From NCBI GenBank assembly GCA_963742415.1, contig CAVULX010000003.1, forward strand, positions 192,001 through 256,000: a DNA stretch of 64,000 bases, read 5' to 3'. This document shows positions 41,365 to 51,891 of this stretch, piece by piece. The notes under the pieces were generated by a model. The model had not been told where the DNA came from. It searched no databases and saw only the letters and a program-made list of their open reading frames with translations. Every line of letters starts with the position of its first letter. Position 1 is the first letter of the stretch. The position numbers and the translations under genes are program-made. Source of the DNA: an uncultured Parachlamydiaceae bacterium (GTDB lineage Bacteria > Chlamydiota > Chlamydiia > Chlamydiales > Parachlamydiaceae).

Positions 41365-42516
41365 TTATGTATTTTTTGCTCTCTGTTTGAAATTTAATAA
41401 TTTTGAACAGGCTTGAGCTATCGCCAACTCCTCACAGGTGTGGATCACGAGGACCTGTACTCGGGAGCCCGCCTGGGAAATCGGCGCATCTTGAAGGGGG
41501 CTTTCATTTTTGTGCACGTCGATCTTAACTCCTAGAAATTCAAAATGTTGACAAACCCTTGCTCGGACTTCTGCTGAATTTTCACCAATCCCTCCAGTAA
41601 ATAGGAGTAAATCCATTCCTCCCAAGCTTCCGATCATCGCTCCAATATTTTTTTTCAAGCTATGCAAATACATCTCAAAAGCCAAGATAGCCTCTTTCTT
41701 CCCTTTCGCTTGACGTCTTTGCAATTCACGCATATCAGAAATTCCGGCTATCCCTTGGATTCCCGATTCATAATTTAATCCCTGATCCAACTCTTTTGCC
41801 TTTATACCATGTTCTCGCATGAGGTAGATAAGGATCCCCGGATCGATAGATCCGCATCGAGTTCCCATCATCACTCCTTCAAGAGGAGTGAGTCCCATTG
41901 TTGTATCTACGCACTGCCCATGGCTTACTGCCGCCAAAGAAGAGCCGTTTCCTAAGTGGCAGGAAATTATTTTTAAAGAAGAAAAATCCTTTTTGATGAT
42001 TTGAGCTCCCTTTTTAACACAATATTCATGGCTGATGCCGTGGAAGCCGTAACGGCGGATTCCATAGTCTCTCCATTTTTTTGGAAGGGGATAAGTCTGA
42101 GCGACTTGAGAGAGAGTTCGATGAAAAGCGGTATCGAAAACAGCCACTTGAGGGACGCGAGGAAATAAAGACTGCATGATTTCAATTCCTTGCAGATTGA
42201 TCGGATTATGCAAGGGCGCAAAAGGGAAACAGGATTTTATCTTTCGTTTAACTTCTGAATTAATAATGCAAGGATGGCAGAAGAATCTCCCTCCGTGGAC
42301 TACGCGATGGCCGATAGCGGCAATTGGAGAATTTTGCAACCCTGGGCAAGAAAATAGCAACTTTTGAAGATCTTGAGGAGACCCTTTTTTCTTTTCCTTG
42401 GAAAATTCGAAAAGTTTCTCCCATAACAACGCGGGTGAATTTTCATCCCCATTGTTAAAATCGTAAAGAGCACACTTATAGGTACTTGATCCCCCATTGA
42501 CAACTAAGATTTTCAT
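41365..42516 (-). CDS. ackA: Acetate kinase
   Basis: MKILVVNGGSS, GHRVVHGG, APLHNP, VFDTAFH, RRYGFHGISH, HLGNGSS and FTGGIGEN. Confidence 0.96.
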   Translation of the reverse strand: MKILVVNGGSSTYKCALYDFNNGDENSPALLWEKLFEFSKEKKKGSPQDLQKLLFSCPGLQNSPIAAIGHRVVHGGRFFCHPCIINSEVKRKIKSCFPFAPLHNPINLQGIEIMQSLFPRVPQVAVFDTAFHRTLSQVAQTYPLPKKWRDYGIRRYGFHGISHEYCVKKGAQIIKKDFSSLKIISCHLGNGSSLAAVSHGQCVDTTMGLTPLEGVMMGTRCGSIDPGILIYLMREHGIKAKELDQGLNYESGIQGIAGISDMRELQRRQAKGKKEAILAFEMYLHSLKKNIGAMIGSLGGMDLLLFTGGIGENSAEVRARVCQHFEFLGVKIDVHKNESPLQDAPISQAGSRVQVLVIHTCEELAIAQACSKLLNFKQRAKNT

Positions 42517-42549
42517 CAGGCATTTCTTCTGTTGATACTCTAGGGCGTA

Positions 42550-42645
42550 TATACCGAACGTATAGCAAAAGGATTCCTTACTCGTCAATTTTTGAGTTCC
42601 CTTGTGCATAAAATAAATCTGTTATATACCGAACGTGACTCAAAA
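42550..42645. repeat. Family D repeat remnants in the ackA/suhB divergent region
   Basis: TATACCGAACGT at 42550, CAATTTTTGAGT at 42586 and TATACCGAACGTGACTCAAAAA at 42624. Confidence 0.7.
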
Positions 42646-42655
42646 AAATTAGGCC

Positions 42656-43477
42656 ATGTTAATGCTGGAAAACAGATCTTTCTCTTCCCTGACTAACCAT
42701 GCAGTTGAAGCCGCCATTCAGGCTGGATCTCTTCTGCGAAAGGGTTTTGGAACCACATTTGAAATATCTACAAAAGCAGGGATCCAAAATTTTGTGACCG
42801 AATATGACCACGCCTCTGAAAAATGCATTATCTCCTTTTTGGAAGAATTGTATCCCTCTCATGCCTTTCTTTGCGAAGAAAGCGGGGCTTATGGAGCTTC
42901 CTCCTTAGAAAAGGCTGAAATTTTGTGGATCATCGATCCTCTGGATGGAACTAGCAATTTTATCCACAATATTCCCCTCTTTTGCATCAGTATTGGGGCA
43001 TTAGGACCTCAGGGTATAGTGACAGGGGTCATCTATCAGCCAATGAGCGACGAGCTTTTCGTGGCCGAAAAAAATAAAGGCGCTTTCCTCAATGGCAAAA
43101 AAATGGAGGTTTCCAAGACGTTGCAATTTGCCGGCGGGATTGGGGCCACAAGTTTTCCTCATAATATCTCCGAAAATCCTTTAGGCTGTATTGACCATTT
43201 TGTAAAAATCTTGAAAAAAGAAACCATCATTCGCAATCTCGGTTCCTCAGCTATCAATGCTGCTTATGTAGCTGCGGGACGATTTGATGCCTATTGGACC
43301 ATTTCTCTATGCCCTTGGGATATTGCAGCGGCCAACCTGATGATAGAAGAAGCGGGCGGCAAGGTGACAACTTATGAAGGGACACCCTATCCTGTTTTAT
43401 CGGGAAGCCCCGTCGTAGCTTCCAACGGGTTTGTTCATGATGAATTGCTTTCTTATCTTAAAAACATTGCAGATTGA
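42656..43477 (+). CDS. suhB: Inositol monophosphatase family protein
   Basis: FVTEYD, LCEES, WIIDPLDGTSNF, RNLGS and PWDIAAA. Confidence 0.9.
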   Translation: MLMLENRSFSSLTNHAVEAAIQAGSLLRKGFGTTFEISTKAGIQNFVTEYDHASEKCIISFLEELYPSHAFLCEESGAYGASSLEKAEILWIIDPLDGTSNFIHNIPLFCISIGALGPQGIVTGVIYQPMSDELFVAEKNKGAFLNGKKMEVSKTLQFAGGIGATSFPHNISENPLGCIDHFVKILKKETIIRNLGSSAINAAYVAAGRFDAYWTISLCPWDIAAANLMIEEAGGKVTTYEGTPYPVLSGSPVVASNGFVHDELLSYLKNIAD

Positions 43478-43555
43478 AGAATTTTCCGATTACCCTCCCT
43501 TTGCAACAAATTCCCTAAAAGCATAATGTGAATTTTATTTACAGGGGGGGGCTTT

Positions 43556-46006
43556 ATGAGCAGGTCAAGTGCAATTGCCGAAAAAAATCAAGTTAAGACG
43601 GCAAAAGGACCTCTGGACGAAGAGCAGCTGCGTAAAATCAATGCTTATTGGCAAGCTGCAAACTACTTAGCGGTAGGACAAATTTACCTCTTAGATAATC
43701 CTCTTCTCAAAGAACCTCTCACTTTGAATCATATCAAGCCCCGCTTACTAGGCCATTGGGGAACTACTCCCGGGCTGAATTTCATTTATGTGCATGCAAA
43801 TCGGGCAATCAAAGAAAATGACCTTGACATGATTTTTTTAGCCGGTCCCGGCCACGGAGGGCCAGCTCTTGTTTCGAATGTCTACTTAGAAGGCTCCTAC
43901 AGCGAATTTTATCCGAATATCTCCCAAGATGAAGCTGGGATGAAACAACTCTTCAAGCAATTTTCATTTCCAGGAGGCATTCCCAGCCACGTTGCTCCCG
44001 AAACTCCGGGATCCATCCACGAAGGAGGCGAGCTTGGATATGTTCTCGCTCATGGTTTTGGAGCGGTTTTTGATAATCCCCATTTGATTGCCCTTTCCGT
44101 TGTCGGCGATGGGGAAGCAGAAACAGGCCCTCTAGCCGCAAGCTGGCACTCGAATAAATTTTTAAATCCTGCCCGTGACGGAGCTGTGCTTCCTATTTTG
44201 CATTTGAATGGATATAAAATCGCTAACCCAAGTGTTTTAGCTCGAATTTCGAAAGATGAATTGGAAAGCTTGTTTATCGGCAATGGCTACAAGCCCTATT
44301 TTGTCGAAGGCTCTGAACCTCTGGAAATGCACCAAAAAATGGCCGCAACCTTTGACAAGGTGATCGCTGATATTAAACGCATCCAACATGAGGCTAGATC
44401 AAAAGGCAATTTAGCCCGTCCACAATGGCCCATGATTATTCTTATTTCCCCTAAAGGATGGACAGGCCCCAAAGAGGTCGATCACAAAAAAGTAGAAGAT
44501 TTTTGGCGTTCACATCAAGTCCCGCTTGCTGAATTATCCTCTAATTCAAAACATGTCCGAATGTTGGAAGCATGGATGAAGAGCTACCATCCGGAAAAAC
44601 TTTTCGATGAACATGGAACCTTGCTCCCCGAGTTAGCTGCATTGGCTCCTAAGGGCAACCATCGAATGGGATCCAATCCCCATGCTAACGGAGGAATTTT
44701 ACTCAGGGATTTGCGAATGCCTGATTTCCGAAAATATGCTGTAGATGTCCCGACTCCTGGAACAATCTTAGGAGAGGCCACACGGGTCATGGGAGAGTTT
44801 TTGCGGGACATCATGAAATTAAATGAAGCCAACAAAAATTTCCGCATTTTTGGTCCTGATGAAACCGCTTCAAACCGTCTAAGCGCTCTTTTCGAAGTTA
44901 CGGATCGGGTTTTCATGGAAAAAATTTATTCCTATGATGACCACCTATCGCCGGATGGGCGTGTGATGGAAGTGCTCAGTGAACATCTCTGCGAAGGGTG
45001 GCTGGAAGGGTATCTTTTGACAGGGCGCCACGGTTTTCTTAACTGCTATGAAGCCTTCATCCATATCATTGATTCGATGTTTAACCAGCATGCAAAATGG
45101 TTAAAAACGACGAGGCATATCCCTTGGCGCCGTCCCATTGCGTCATTAAATATCTTGTTGACTTCCCATGTTTGGAGGCAAGACCACAACGGTTTTTCCC
45201 ATCAAGACCCAGGCTTTATTGATCATGTGGTCAACAAAAAAGCTGAAGTCATCCGCATTTATTTGCCGCCCGATACCAATTCATTATTGTCAGTGACAGA
45301 TCATTGTTTGCGAAGCCTAAATTATGTCAATGTGATTATTGCCGGCAAGCAGCCTGCTTATCAATATATGTCGATGGAGGAAGCTATTAGGCACTGCACC
45401 AAAGGGATTGGCATTTGGAAATGGGCAAGCAATGATTTCGCTTCTGAACCTGACGCAGTCATTGCCTGTGCAGGAGATATTCCCACTTTGGAAGCCTTAG
45501 CCGCTGTAGATATTCTCCGCAAACATGCTCCTGACATCAAAATTCGGTTCGTCAATGTTGTCAACCTCATGGCCCTGCAGCCTCAAAAAGAACATCCCCA
45601 TGGCCTTTCAGATAGAGAATTTATCGATATATTCACTGCGGACAAGCCGATCATTTTTGCTTTTCACGGTTATCCTTGGCTCATTCATCGTTTGACATAC
45701 AGACGTCCTAACCATGTCAACCTTCATGTGAAAGGGTATAAGGAGGAAGGAACAACCACAACTCCTTTCGACATGGTTGTCTTAAATGAAATGGACCGTT
45801 TTCACTTAGCTCTTGACACAGTAGAGCGGATTCCCCGCTTGGCAAACTCCACAGGCTACATTCGGGAATTTGTCACCAATAAACTCATTGACCACAGCAA
45901 TTACATTAGAGAAAAGGGGGAAGACATGGCTGAAATTCAGGAATGGAAATGGCCTTATGGAAAATCTGAGTCGTCGGCTTCCTCCATGCGCAAATGGAAT
46001 TCATGA
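43556..46006 (+). CDS. xfp: Xylulose-5-P/fructose-6-P phosphoketolase
   Basis: [51 protein letters not shown] and [11 protein letters not shown]. Confidence 0.97.
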   Translation: MSRSSAIAEKNQVKTAKGPLDEEQLRKINAYWQAANYLAVGQIYLLDNPLLKEPLTLNHIKPRLLGHWGTTPGLNFIYVHANRAIKENDLDMIFLAGPGHGGPALVSNVYLEGSYSEFYPNISQDEAGMKQLFKQFSFPGGIPSHVAPETPGSIHEGGELGYVLAHGFGAVFDNPHLIALSVVGDGEAETGPLAASWHSNKFLNPARDGAVLPILHLNGYKIANPSVLARISKDELESLFIGNGYKPYFVEGSEPLEMHQKMAATFDKVIADIKRIQHEARSKGNLARPQWPMIILISPKGWTGPKEVDHKKVEDFWRSHQVPLAELSSNSKHVRMLEAWMKSYHPEKLFDEHGTLLPELAALAPKGNHRMGSNPHANGGILLRDLRMPDFRKYAVDVPTPGTILGEATRVMGEFLRDIMKLNEANKNFRIFGPDETASNRLSALFEVTDRVFMEKIYSYDDHLSPDGRVMEVLSEHLCEGWLEGYLLTGRHGFLNCYEAFIHIIDSMFNQHAKWLKTTRHIPWRRPIASLNILLTSHVWRQDHNGFSHQDPGFIDHVVNKKAEVIRIYLPPDTNSLLSVTDHCLRSLNYVNVIIAGKQPAYQYMSMEEAIRHCTKGIGIWKWASNDFASEPDAVIACAGDIPTLEALAAVDILRKHAPDIKIRFVNVVNLMALQPQKEHPHGLSDREFIDIFTADKPIIFAFHGYPWLIHRLTYRRPNHVNLHVKGYKEEGTTTTPFDMVVLNEMDRFHLALDTVERIPRLANSTGYIREFVTNKLIDHSNYIREKGEDMAEIQEWKWPYGKSESSASSMRKWNS

Positions 46007-46033
46007 TGATTTTATAACACCACTGAGCCAAAA

Positions 46034-46403
46034 TAACCACTGAGCCAGTGAGATCACAGAGGATTTTTGAGATCAATGAGAAAGTTTAGATGATACAATT
46101 TGATAAAGTAGGTAGCTCTTTTAGTACCTTTATGTTATGAATTTTTCTTTTTGTTTTATTTAATATAGTTAATGTAAGTTGAAAATTACTGAGTGTAATC
46201 AAGTTTAAAAAACCTCTGTGATCTCTGTGGTTTATTAAAATTCAACCACAGAGATCACAGAGAACACAGAGAGACAATAAATTTTATTATTTGCAACTTA
46301 CGTTAATTAATCTTAATAGCGTTACCTACTTTAACGAGTTGTATCATCTAAACCTCCTCAGTGATCTCAAAAATCTTCAGTGATCTCACAGGCTCAGTGG
46401 TTA
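46034..46403. repeat. 370-bp family B palindrome containing a nested family A copy
   Basis: TAACCACTGAGCCAGTGAGATCACAGAGGATTTTTGAGATCA...GTTTAGATGATACAA and its imperfect complement ending GGCTCAGTGGTTA. Confidence 0.85.
46170..46305. repeat. MITE-like repeat family A copy 3 (nested)
   Basis: Same termini and core as 8626-8770. Confidence 0.9.
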
Positions 46404-47803
46404 CTGCTTTTGTCCTTAAGGCTAGAGCGGCTTTTGATGGAGCGGAAACGATTTTGATCGAGCTTGGCATAAAGGGTTTTATGCTTCGAAATTTGAACCT
46501 GTCCAGCTTTTCCACGACCTATTCGAGAAACATATTTACATTGGGTTGCATGGATCTCCGCTTCCCCTTTATCTTTTGCCTTGCTATGAATCAAAGCTAA
46601 TAAGATAGCATCTTGAATGGACTCAGGATCGGGCTCTTGGTTCTTTTTCACCTTCAAAATTACATGGGAACCGGGACAACCGCAAACATGAAACCACCAA
46701 TCTGATCCGCTCGCATAGCTGAAAGTGAGCTTTTCATTGCTTTTTGCATTTTTTCCGACCCAAATTTTGAGGCCCGATTCAGAATAAAATTCCAAGTACG
46801 GCAGAGATGAGCTTTTTTCCGATTTTCTTTGCGGCTTTTGCTTTTCGAAAAATAAGCCAATAGCATGAAGAGCCTCTAAGGAAGTAGTTTCAGCAACTTG
46901 CGAAACAATCTCTTGCTGTTTCTCCAGCATTTTTCCCGTTACTAGGATTCTATCTTCGGTATAGTTCAAACTGGCTTTCAACTTTTTGCTTTGGTGAAAA
47001 CGCTTTTCTATGTTTTCTTGAGGCCCTAGCAGAGGATCTAGCAAGAGAACATGTTCCTCTTCCCCCGGCTTTTCCCAATCTACTAATCGAATTTCAGTTA
47101 ACCCTTTGCGCAATTGATAAAAATTCGCTTGCAGCAATACGCCTTCATGTTGAATTTCTTTCCAAGCTAAAGCCTTTTGATTATCCTGAAGAGCTTTTTC
47201 ATAGAGCTTTTTAGTTCGACTTAACTGCTTAAAAGCCATGGATTCATATGTTCTTTTCAGCTTGAGAAACAAGGCTTCTTTTTCTTGCAGTTCATATCTC
47301 GCTTCAACTAAATCACTTGATGCCGGCGCAGGGTGGATCTCTCCGGATGATACTTTTATATTTTCGGGATAATGATAAATCTTTGAAGCTGTCGGATTTA
47401 AACTCGCTACAATATTGAGATCACGATCCAATAAATACAAATTGGGCCGTTTAGAAAAAAATTCTCCGACGAGAAAAAAAGGTTGAGCTCCTTTTTTCAA
47501 ATAGAGCTGAATGATCCTATCTTGATTGATCATTTTTATTTCTTCTATCTTTGCAGAACTGATGGATGAATCAATGGCTGAGGCAAAAGAGGAATCGCAA
47601 AATTGACTTTTTCCTGAAGACAAATGAAAACGGAGAAACGGCTCTTGAAAACAGAATAACAACTGCAGAAGCTCCCCTTCTTTATCACATTGCAGCACAA
47701 ATTTCCTTTGCTCAATCGCTTTGAAACTACAAATATGAGCGTGGGATAGAACGGACTGAAGCTCATCTGTAAGAGCATAAATTTCTTCACGGGTCAATGA
47801 CAT
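46394..47803 (-). CDS. rqcH: NFACT/RqcH (FbpA-like) ribosome quality control protein
   Basis: DRII, NLYLLD, coiled-coil, IWVGKNAKSNEKLT and WFHVCGCPGSHV. Confidence 0.85.
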   Translation of the reverse strand: MSLTREEIYALTDELQSVLSHAHICSFKAIEQRKFVLQCDKEGELLQLLFCFQEPFLRFHLSSGKSQFCDSSFASAIDSSISSAKIEEIKMINQDRIIQLYLKKGAQPFFLVGEFFSKRPNLYLLDRDLNIVASLNPTASKIYHYPENIKVSSGEIHPAPASSDLVEARYELQEKEALFLKLKRTYESMAFKQLSRTKKLYEKALQDNQKALAWKEIQHEGVLLQANFYQLRKGLTEIRLVDWEKPGEEEHVLLLDPLLGPQENIEKRFHQSKKLKASLNYTEDRILVTGKMLEKQQEIVSQVAETTSLEALHAIGLFFEKQKPQRKSEKSSSLPYLEFYSESGLKIWVGKNAKSNEKLTFSYASGSDWWFHVCGCPGSHVILKVKKNQEPDPESIQDAILLALIHSKAKDKGEAEIHATQCKYVSRIGRGKAGQVQISKHKTLYAKLDQNRFRSIKSRSSLKDKSSNH

Positions 47804-47807
47804 AAAA

Positions 47808-48995
47808 CTACGAAGAGGATGATTCACAAGTACATTGTTTGACAGCGTCTAATAAGGGCTGGACTTTGTCTGTTCTTTCCCAGGTAAAATCTTTTTCATT
47901 CCGGCCAAAATGACCTCCAAATGCTGTTTGCAAATAGATAGGCCGCCTTAGGTTGAGCATTTCAATCATCCCTTTAGGGGAAAGGTCGAACACTTGGGGG
48001 ATCGCTTTTGCCAATATGTCCTCATCCACAGCTTGCGTGCCAAACGTTTCCACTTTAAAAGAAACAGGATGGGGTACGCCTATCGCATAGGACACTTGGA
48101 CTTCACAACGTTTCGCCAGTTTTGCAGCTACAATATTTTTTGCGATATATCGCGCAGCATAGGATGCAGAACGGTCCACTTTGGTGGGATCTTTTCCAGA
48201 AAAGGCCCCTCCTCCATGCCGTCCCATGCCGCCATAGGTATCCACAATGATTTTTCGCCCGGTTAAGCCGCAATCCCCTTCTGGACCTCCAACAACAAAA
48301 CGGCCGGTCGGGTTGATGTAAAATTTTGTTTCTTCGTCAACAAATCCTTTGGGAGCTAATTTCGAAGCCATTTCTTTCATATCTCTAACAATTGTATCGT
48401 GATCCACTTCAGGAGTGTGTTGTGTCGATATCACGACGGTCTCCAACCGCAAAGGTTGGTATCCCTTGTCATATTCGACGGTGACTTGGGATTTGGCGTC
48501 TGGACGTAAATAGGGAAGCTCTTTAGATACCCGCAAGCGTCTTAATTCCCGTACAATTTTATGGGCCATCATGATAGGCATAGGCATAAGTTCAGGAGTT
48601 TCATCGCAAGCATAGCCAAACATTAGACCTTGATCTCCGGCCCCCTGATCTTTGTACAAAGATTCCGACTCGCTCAACCCTCTGGCAATATCCAGAGATT
48701 GCTTATTGAAAGAGATCAAGACGCCGCAAGATTTATAATCAAACCCTAAAGAACTATCTGTATAGCCAATATCTCTAACAGTTTCTCGAGCGATTTCAGG
48801 GAAATTAGGATGCGCTTTCGTAGTGATTTCGCCGGATAATACAATCAATCCTGTCGTCACTAAAGTTTCACAAGCCACCCGAGCATGAATATCCTCCCTC
48901 AGGCAAGCATCTAAAATAGCATCGGATATTTGATCGGCAACTTTATCCGGATGGCCCGCAGCCACCGATTCAGAAGTAAAAAGAAAATGACTCAT
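47808..48995 (-). CDS. metK: S-adenosylmethionine synthetase
   Basis: [39 protein letters not shown] and GGGAFSGKD. Confidence 0.98.
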   Translation of the reverse strand: MSHFLFTSESVAAGHPDKVADQISDAILDACLREDIHARVACETLVTTGLIVLSGEITTKAHPNFPEIARETVRDIGYTDSSLGFDYKSCGVLISFNKQSLDIARGLSESESLYKDQGAGDQGLMFGYACDETPELMPMPIMMAHKIVRELRRLRVSKELPYLRPDAKSQVTVEYDKGYQPLRLETVVISTQHTPEVDHDTIVRDMKEMASKLAPKGFVDEETKFYINPTGRFVVGGPEGDCGLTGRKIIVDTYGGMGRHGGGAFSGKDPTKVDRSASYAARYIAKNIVAAKLAKRCEVQVSYAIGVPHPVSFKVETFGTQAVDEDILAKAIPQVFDLSPKGMIEMLNLRRPIYLQTAFGGHFGRNEKDFTWERTDKVQPLLDAVKQCTCESSSS

Positions 48996-49047
48996 AAGGA
49001 ATTTCCCGCTATAAAAACAATTTTAAATGGAAATATGATGATATAGA

Positions 49048-49536
49048 ATGTCTATCAGGTTGGCAAATCAAAACATGTTTTTGCTTTTATTATTTTTTAT
49101 TGTGAGCTTCTCAGAAGGGTTCAGCGAAATGGTGCGGCCTATCACTTTCGATGAGCTGCCTTCCCTAACCTCTTTTGAAATCATTGAAATTAGAGGATTT
49201 TTGTATCAAACTCCTAAAGGGGAGTGGATTTTAGCCGCAGAGCCTAACTTGAAATCATGCTGTCTGGGATCTCATGAAAAAAAGGCCCGGCAAATTATTT
49301 TGATCGGGCAATTTGACCGTACCGCGATCAATCGGGTCATCACAGTTCAAGGGCGTTTAGTTGCCAACGAAGCCCTTCACGGGGTCCCCATTTTACCCTT
49401 TAGCTTGGAAGAAGCTCACGTGTTAAAAGACCTTCCACTTTCCCCGTCCTTTATTTGGGGAAGCCTTTTTCTGCTTATCCTCTTCCTTTCAATTATAAAA
49501 ATTTATTATAGTTTCATTATGTCTGACAAAAAATAA
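49048..49536 (+). CDS. Hypothetical exported/membrane-anchored protein
   Basis: Signal-like N-terminus, IRGFLY...LAAEPNLKSCC and a C-terminal transmembrane segment. Confidence 0.6.
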   Translation: MSIRLANQNMFLLLLFFIVSFSEGFSEMVRPITFDELPSLTSFEIIEIRGFLYQTPKGEWILAAEPNLKSCCLGSHEKKARQIILIGQFDRTAINRVITVQGRLVANEALHGVPILPFSLEEAHVLKDLPLSPSFIWGSLFLLILFLSIIKIYYSFIMSDKK

Positions 49537-49581
49537 ATTCAACGCAAAGGTCATTAATCTTTTAACTTCGGATAAGATCTT

Positions 49582-51846
49582 ATGTGTACTTTCCTGCAAG
49601 CAGCTCCACTATGGCCTCCAGCAATCCGTTCAGAATTTGAAACTGTCGGGGAGGAAAAATTTGAGATTAATCAAACTTCTATTTGGATACGCACAGCGCT
49701 TTCAGCGATAGCAACCTCTGCTTTAGCTTCAACTACACCATCACCCTTCAAAGCCATTCTCCTTGTAATCCCGTTCATCTCTTATTGTGGGGAAAAACAT
49801 AGGGCCGTACAAGCTCTCGATAAGATTGCTAAAAATTATTTTAAAATCGAAGTTAGTGAAAATACACCTGTTCCCGATGAGGTCATCGACTATTTGATCA
49901 AAAATTTCAATGCTTTGAAAAAACTTCTTGAAGATCCTGAGATTCAATTTGACCCTTCGAAAAAAAATAATCAAAAATTGTTGGATAAAATCTTTGAGAC
50001 TCTAATGGAAATTAAACTGATAAACAAAACTGATTTCATAGACAAAGAGGTAAGGAATTTCAATTTGCTTCTCGAAAAAGGAATCATCAATAGTGATAAT
50101 GCCTGTGACTATTTTCTTAAATTCGCAGAAAAAAAGAACCTCGTCCCTATGGTATTACTGTTACAAAAAGAGCTCATTAATCCTCAAATTTTAGAAAAAA
50201 ATGATTTCATTGCAGCTTTTGAGAATATCGAGCTCAGTGTCATTCAAGACTACAATATTAAGAAGTTATTTGGTTGCATGATCTCCTTATTTAAAGATAA
50301 GGGGTTTAACTTCAATGATTTAAATTTTACAAAGCTATTAAATAAAAGCTCTTATCAATTAGAAAATGCCCTCTTTTTAATTAAAAAGGGGATCAACCCC
50401 AAACAAATAAAATTTAATAAATTGAATTGGTTGAAGGTTTTATCGCCATCAAAATCAAAAAAAACGATCATAAAGGAAATAAAAAGACAAATCGCAGCAG
50501 ATAAGCCTATAGACGCTGATCATCCTAAGCAGCCGTTTCTCGAAAAAATAGGGAAATCTGGAGTGCGTTTTCATCAAAGAATATTAACATTAGGAAATAT
50601 CTTGATCGCATTAGCTGCGGTTCTGATAAACGCCTTCATAGCGTACCTATGGAATGTCAATGTGCCTCTCGTTATTGGAACTTCGGTCCTTGTTGCTGGT
50701 CTATTTCTGGTTCTTGAATGGTGTGTGCGGACTTATTTAATTAATCAAGCATCGGATCGCAATATTATAAAATACAATGGGGTCTTTCCCTCCAAAGTAA
50801 TAACAAGGTATTTTATCAACAATGAATCTGCACTTAATCGGCTGATCGCAAGCCAATCTAATTTAGATAAAATCAATGAGCATGGGACGACTTTTTGGGA
50901 TATCATTTGCTCGTCAAAGCAAATTCATTTCCCTAAAGATAAAAATAAAGATTTTGGATTTTTTAAAAAAATAGCTGGAAAACTTTTCCAAGAAGAGCAG
51001 TATTCGGGAAATAAGTTCAGATATTTTAGGATGTTAATTGCCAATGGAAAAAGCAAGTATATTGGTCATATTTTACAAAATAAATTAATTGAACTAAATA
51101 AAAAGCAAAAATATAAAATATTCGGGGATCTTTTTGAAAAAAAATTTTTAGGGGATGTGTTAACCAAGCACTATGGAAATGGAAATAATGGTGTTTATTG
51201 GAGGGTAAAGAATAAATTTGATTTATCAAAAGAATTGAATCAAGAATCAATAGACGAAATTCGTCAAAATCTTAGGAAATACAACCTTGATATAGAAGAT
51301 AAAAAAATTTACAGATATTTAGAAAATAAGTTAAGCAGATTTCTTTTAAAAGAATATAAGATTCAAAAAGGGTACAACTACTTGTGTGATTTTTCCTATT
51401 ATTTCCTTCACAATAAGGCGGCTCTCAACTACATTCTTAGAAACAATATTGAATTAGATAGTTTTTTAACCGTTGCTTGTTTTCCAAAAAACTATTTAGA
51501 TGGTGATACTAATAATCTTCTTAGGGAGGGTTTTTTAAAAAAAATAATAATACGCATTTTCAAATCAAATTATAAAATGAAACTATCTTGCTTTGAGAAT
51601 TTAGCTAAACTAAATAATGTTAGATCTATTGATCTAGTTAAGTATATTTTAAATAATAAGTTAATTGCATTAACAAAAAATCAAAAGAGTTATCTGCTTC
51701 AAATCAAGATGCCTGAAGAGCTGAAGAGCATTCTGACTGAATATCCTGTTGCTAGAGCAGATGTAGGATCATCAACGATACAAACCCAATCGGTTTCTTT
51801 AGAACCCGACAAAACGTCTATAGTACAAACCGAAGTCGAAGGATGA
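49582..51846 (+). CDS. Very AT-rich hypothetical protein with hydrophobic hairpins and internal repeats
   Basis: 754-aa ORF with a repeated Y(L/F)xxNxxALxx(L/I) motif. Confidence 0.65.
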   Translation: MCTFLQAAPLWPPAIRSEFETVGEEKFEINQTSIWIRTALSAIATSALASTTPSPFKAILLVIPFISYCGEKHRAVQALDKIAKNYFKIEVSENTPVPDEVIDYLIKNFNALKKLLEDPEIQFDPSKKNNQKLLDKIFETLMEIKLINKTDFIDKEVRNFNLLLEKGIINSDNACDYFLKFAEKKNLVPMVLLLQKELINPQILEKNDFIAAFENIELSVIQDYNIKKLFGCMISLFKDKGFNFNDLNFTKLLNKSSYQLENALFLIKKGINPKQIKFNKLNWLKVLSPSKSKKTIIKEIKRQIAADKPIDADHPKQPFLEKIGKSGVRFHQRILTLGNILIALAAVLINAFIAYLWNVNVPLVIGTSVLVAGLFLVLEWCVRTYLINQASDRNIIKYNGVFPSKVITRYFINNESALNRLIASQSNLDKINEHGTTFWDIICSSKQIHFPKDKNKDFGFFKKIAGKLFQEEQYSGNKFRYFRMLIANGKSKYIGHILQNKLIELNKKQKYKIFGDLFEKKFLGDVLTKHYGNGNNGVYWRVKNKFDLSKELNQESIDEIRQNLRKYNLDIEDKKIYRYLENKLSRFLLKEYKIQKGYNYLCDFSYYFLHNKAALNYILRNNIELDSFLTVACFPKNYLDGDTNNLLREGFLKKIIIRIFKSNYKMKLSCFENLAKLNNVRSIDLVKYILNNKLIALTKNQKSYLLQIKMPEELKSILTEYPVARADVGSSTIQTQSVSLEPDKTSIVQTEVEG

Positions 51847-51891
51847 AGCAAACCGTTTTGCAAAATGTTCTTAGTCGATGATGAATTAACT

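Noticed and set aside
42517-42609. N-terminal extension of AckA in the ORF track
   Set aside because: The conserved start is MKILVVN at 42516; the extension overlaps repeat remnants.
48996-49047. SAM riboswitch upstream of metK
   Set aside because: The gap is a short AT-rich spacer with no recognisable aptamer.
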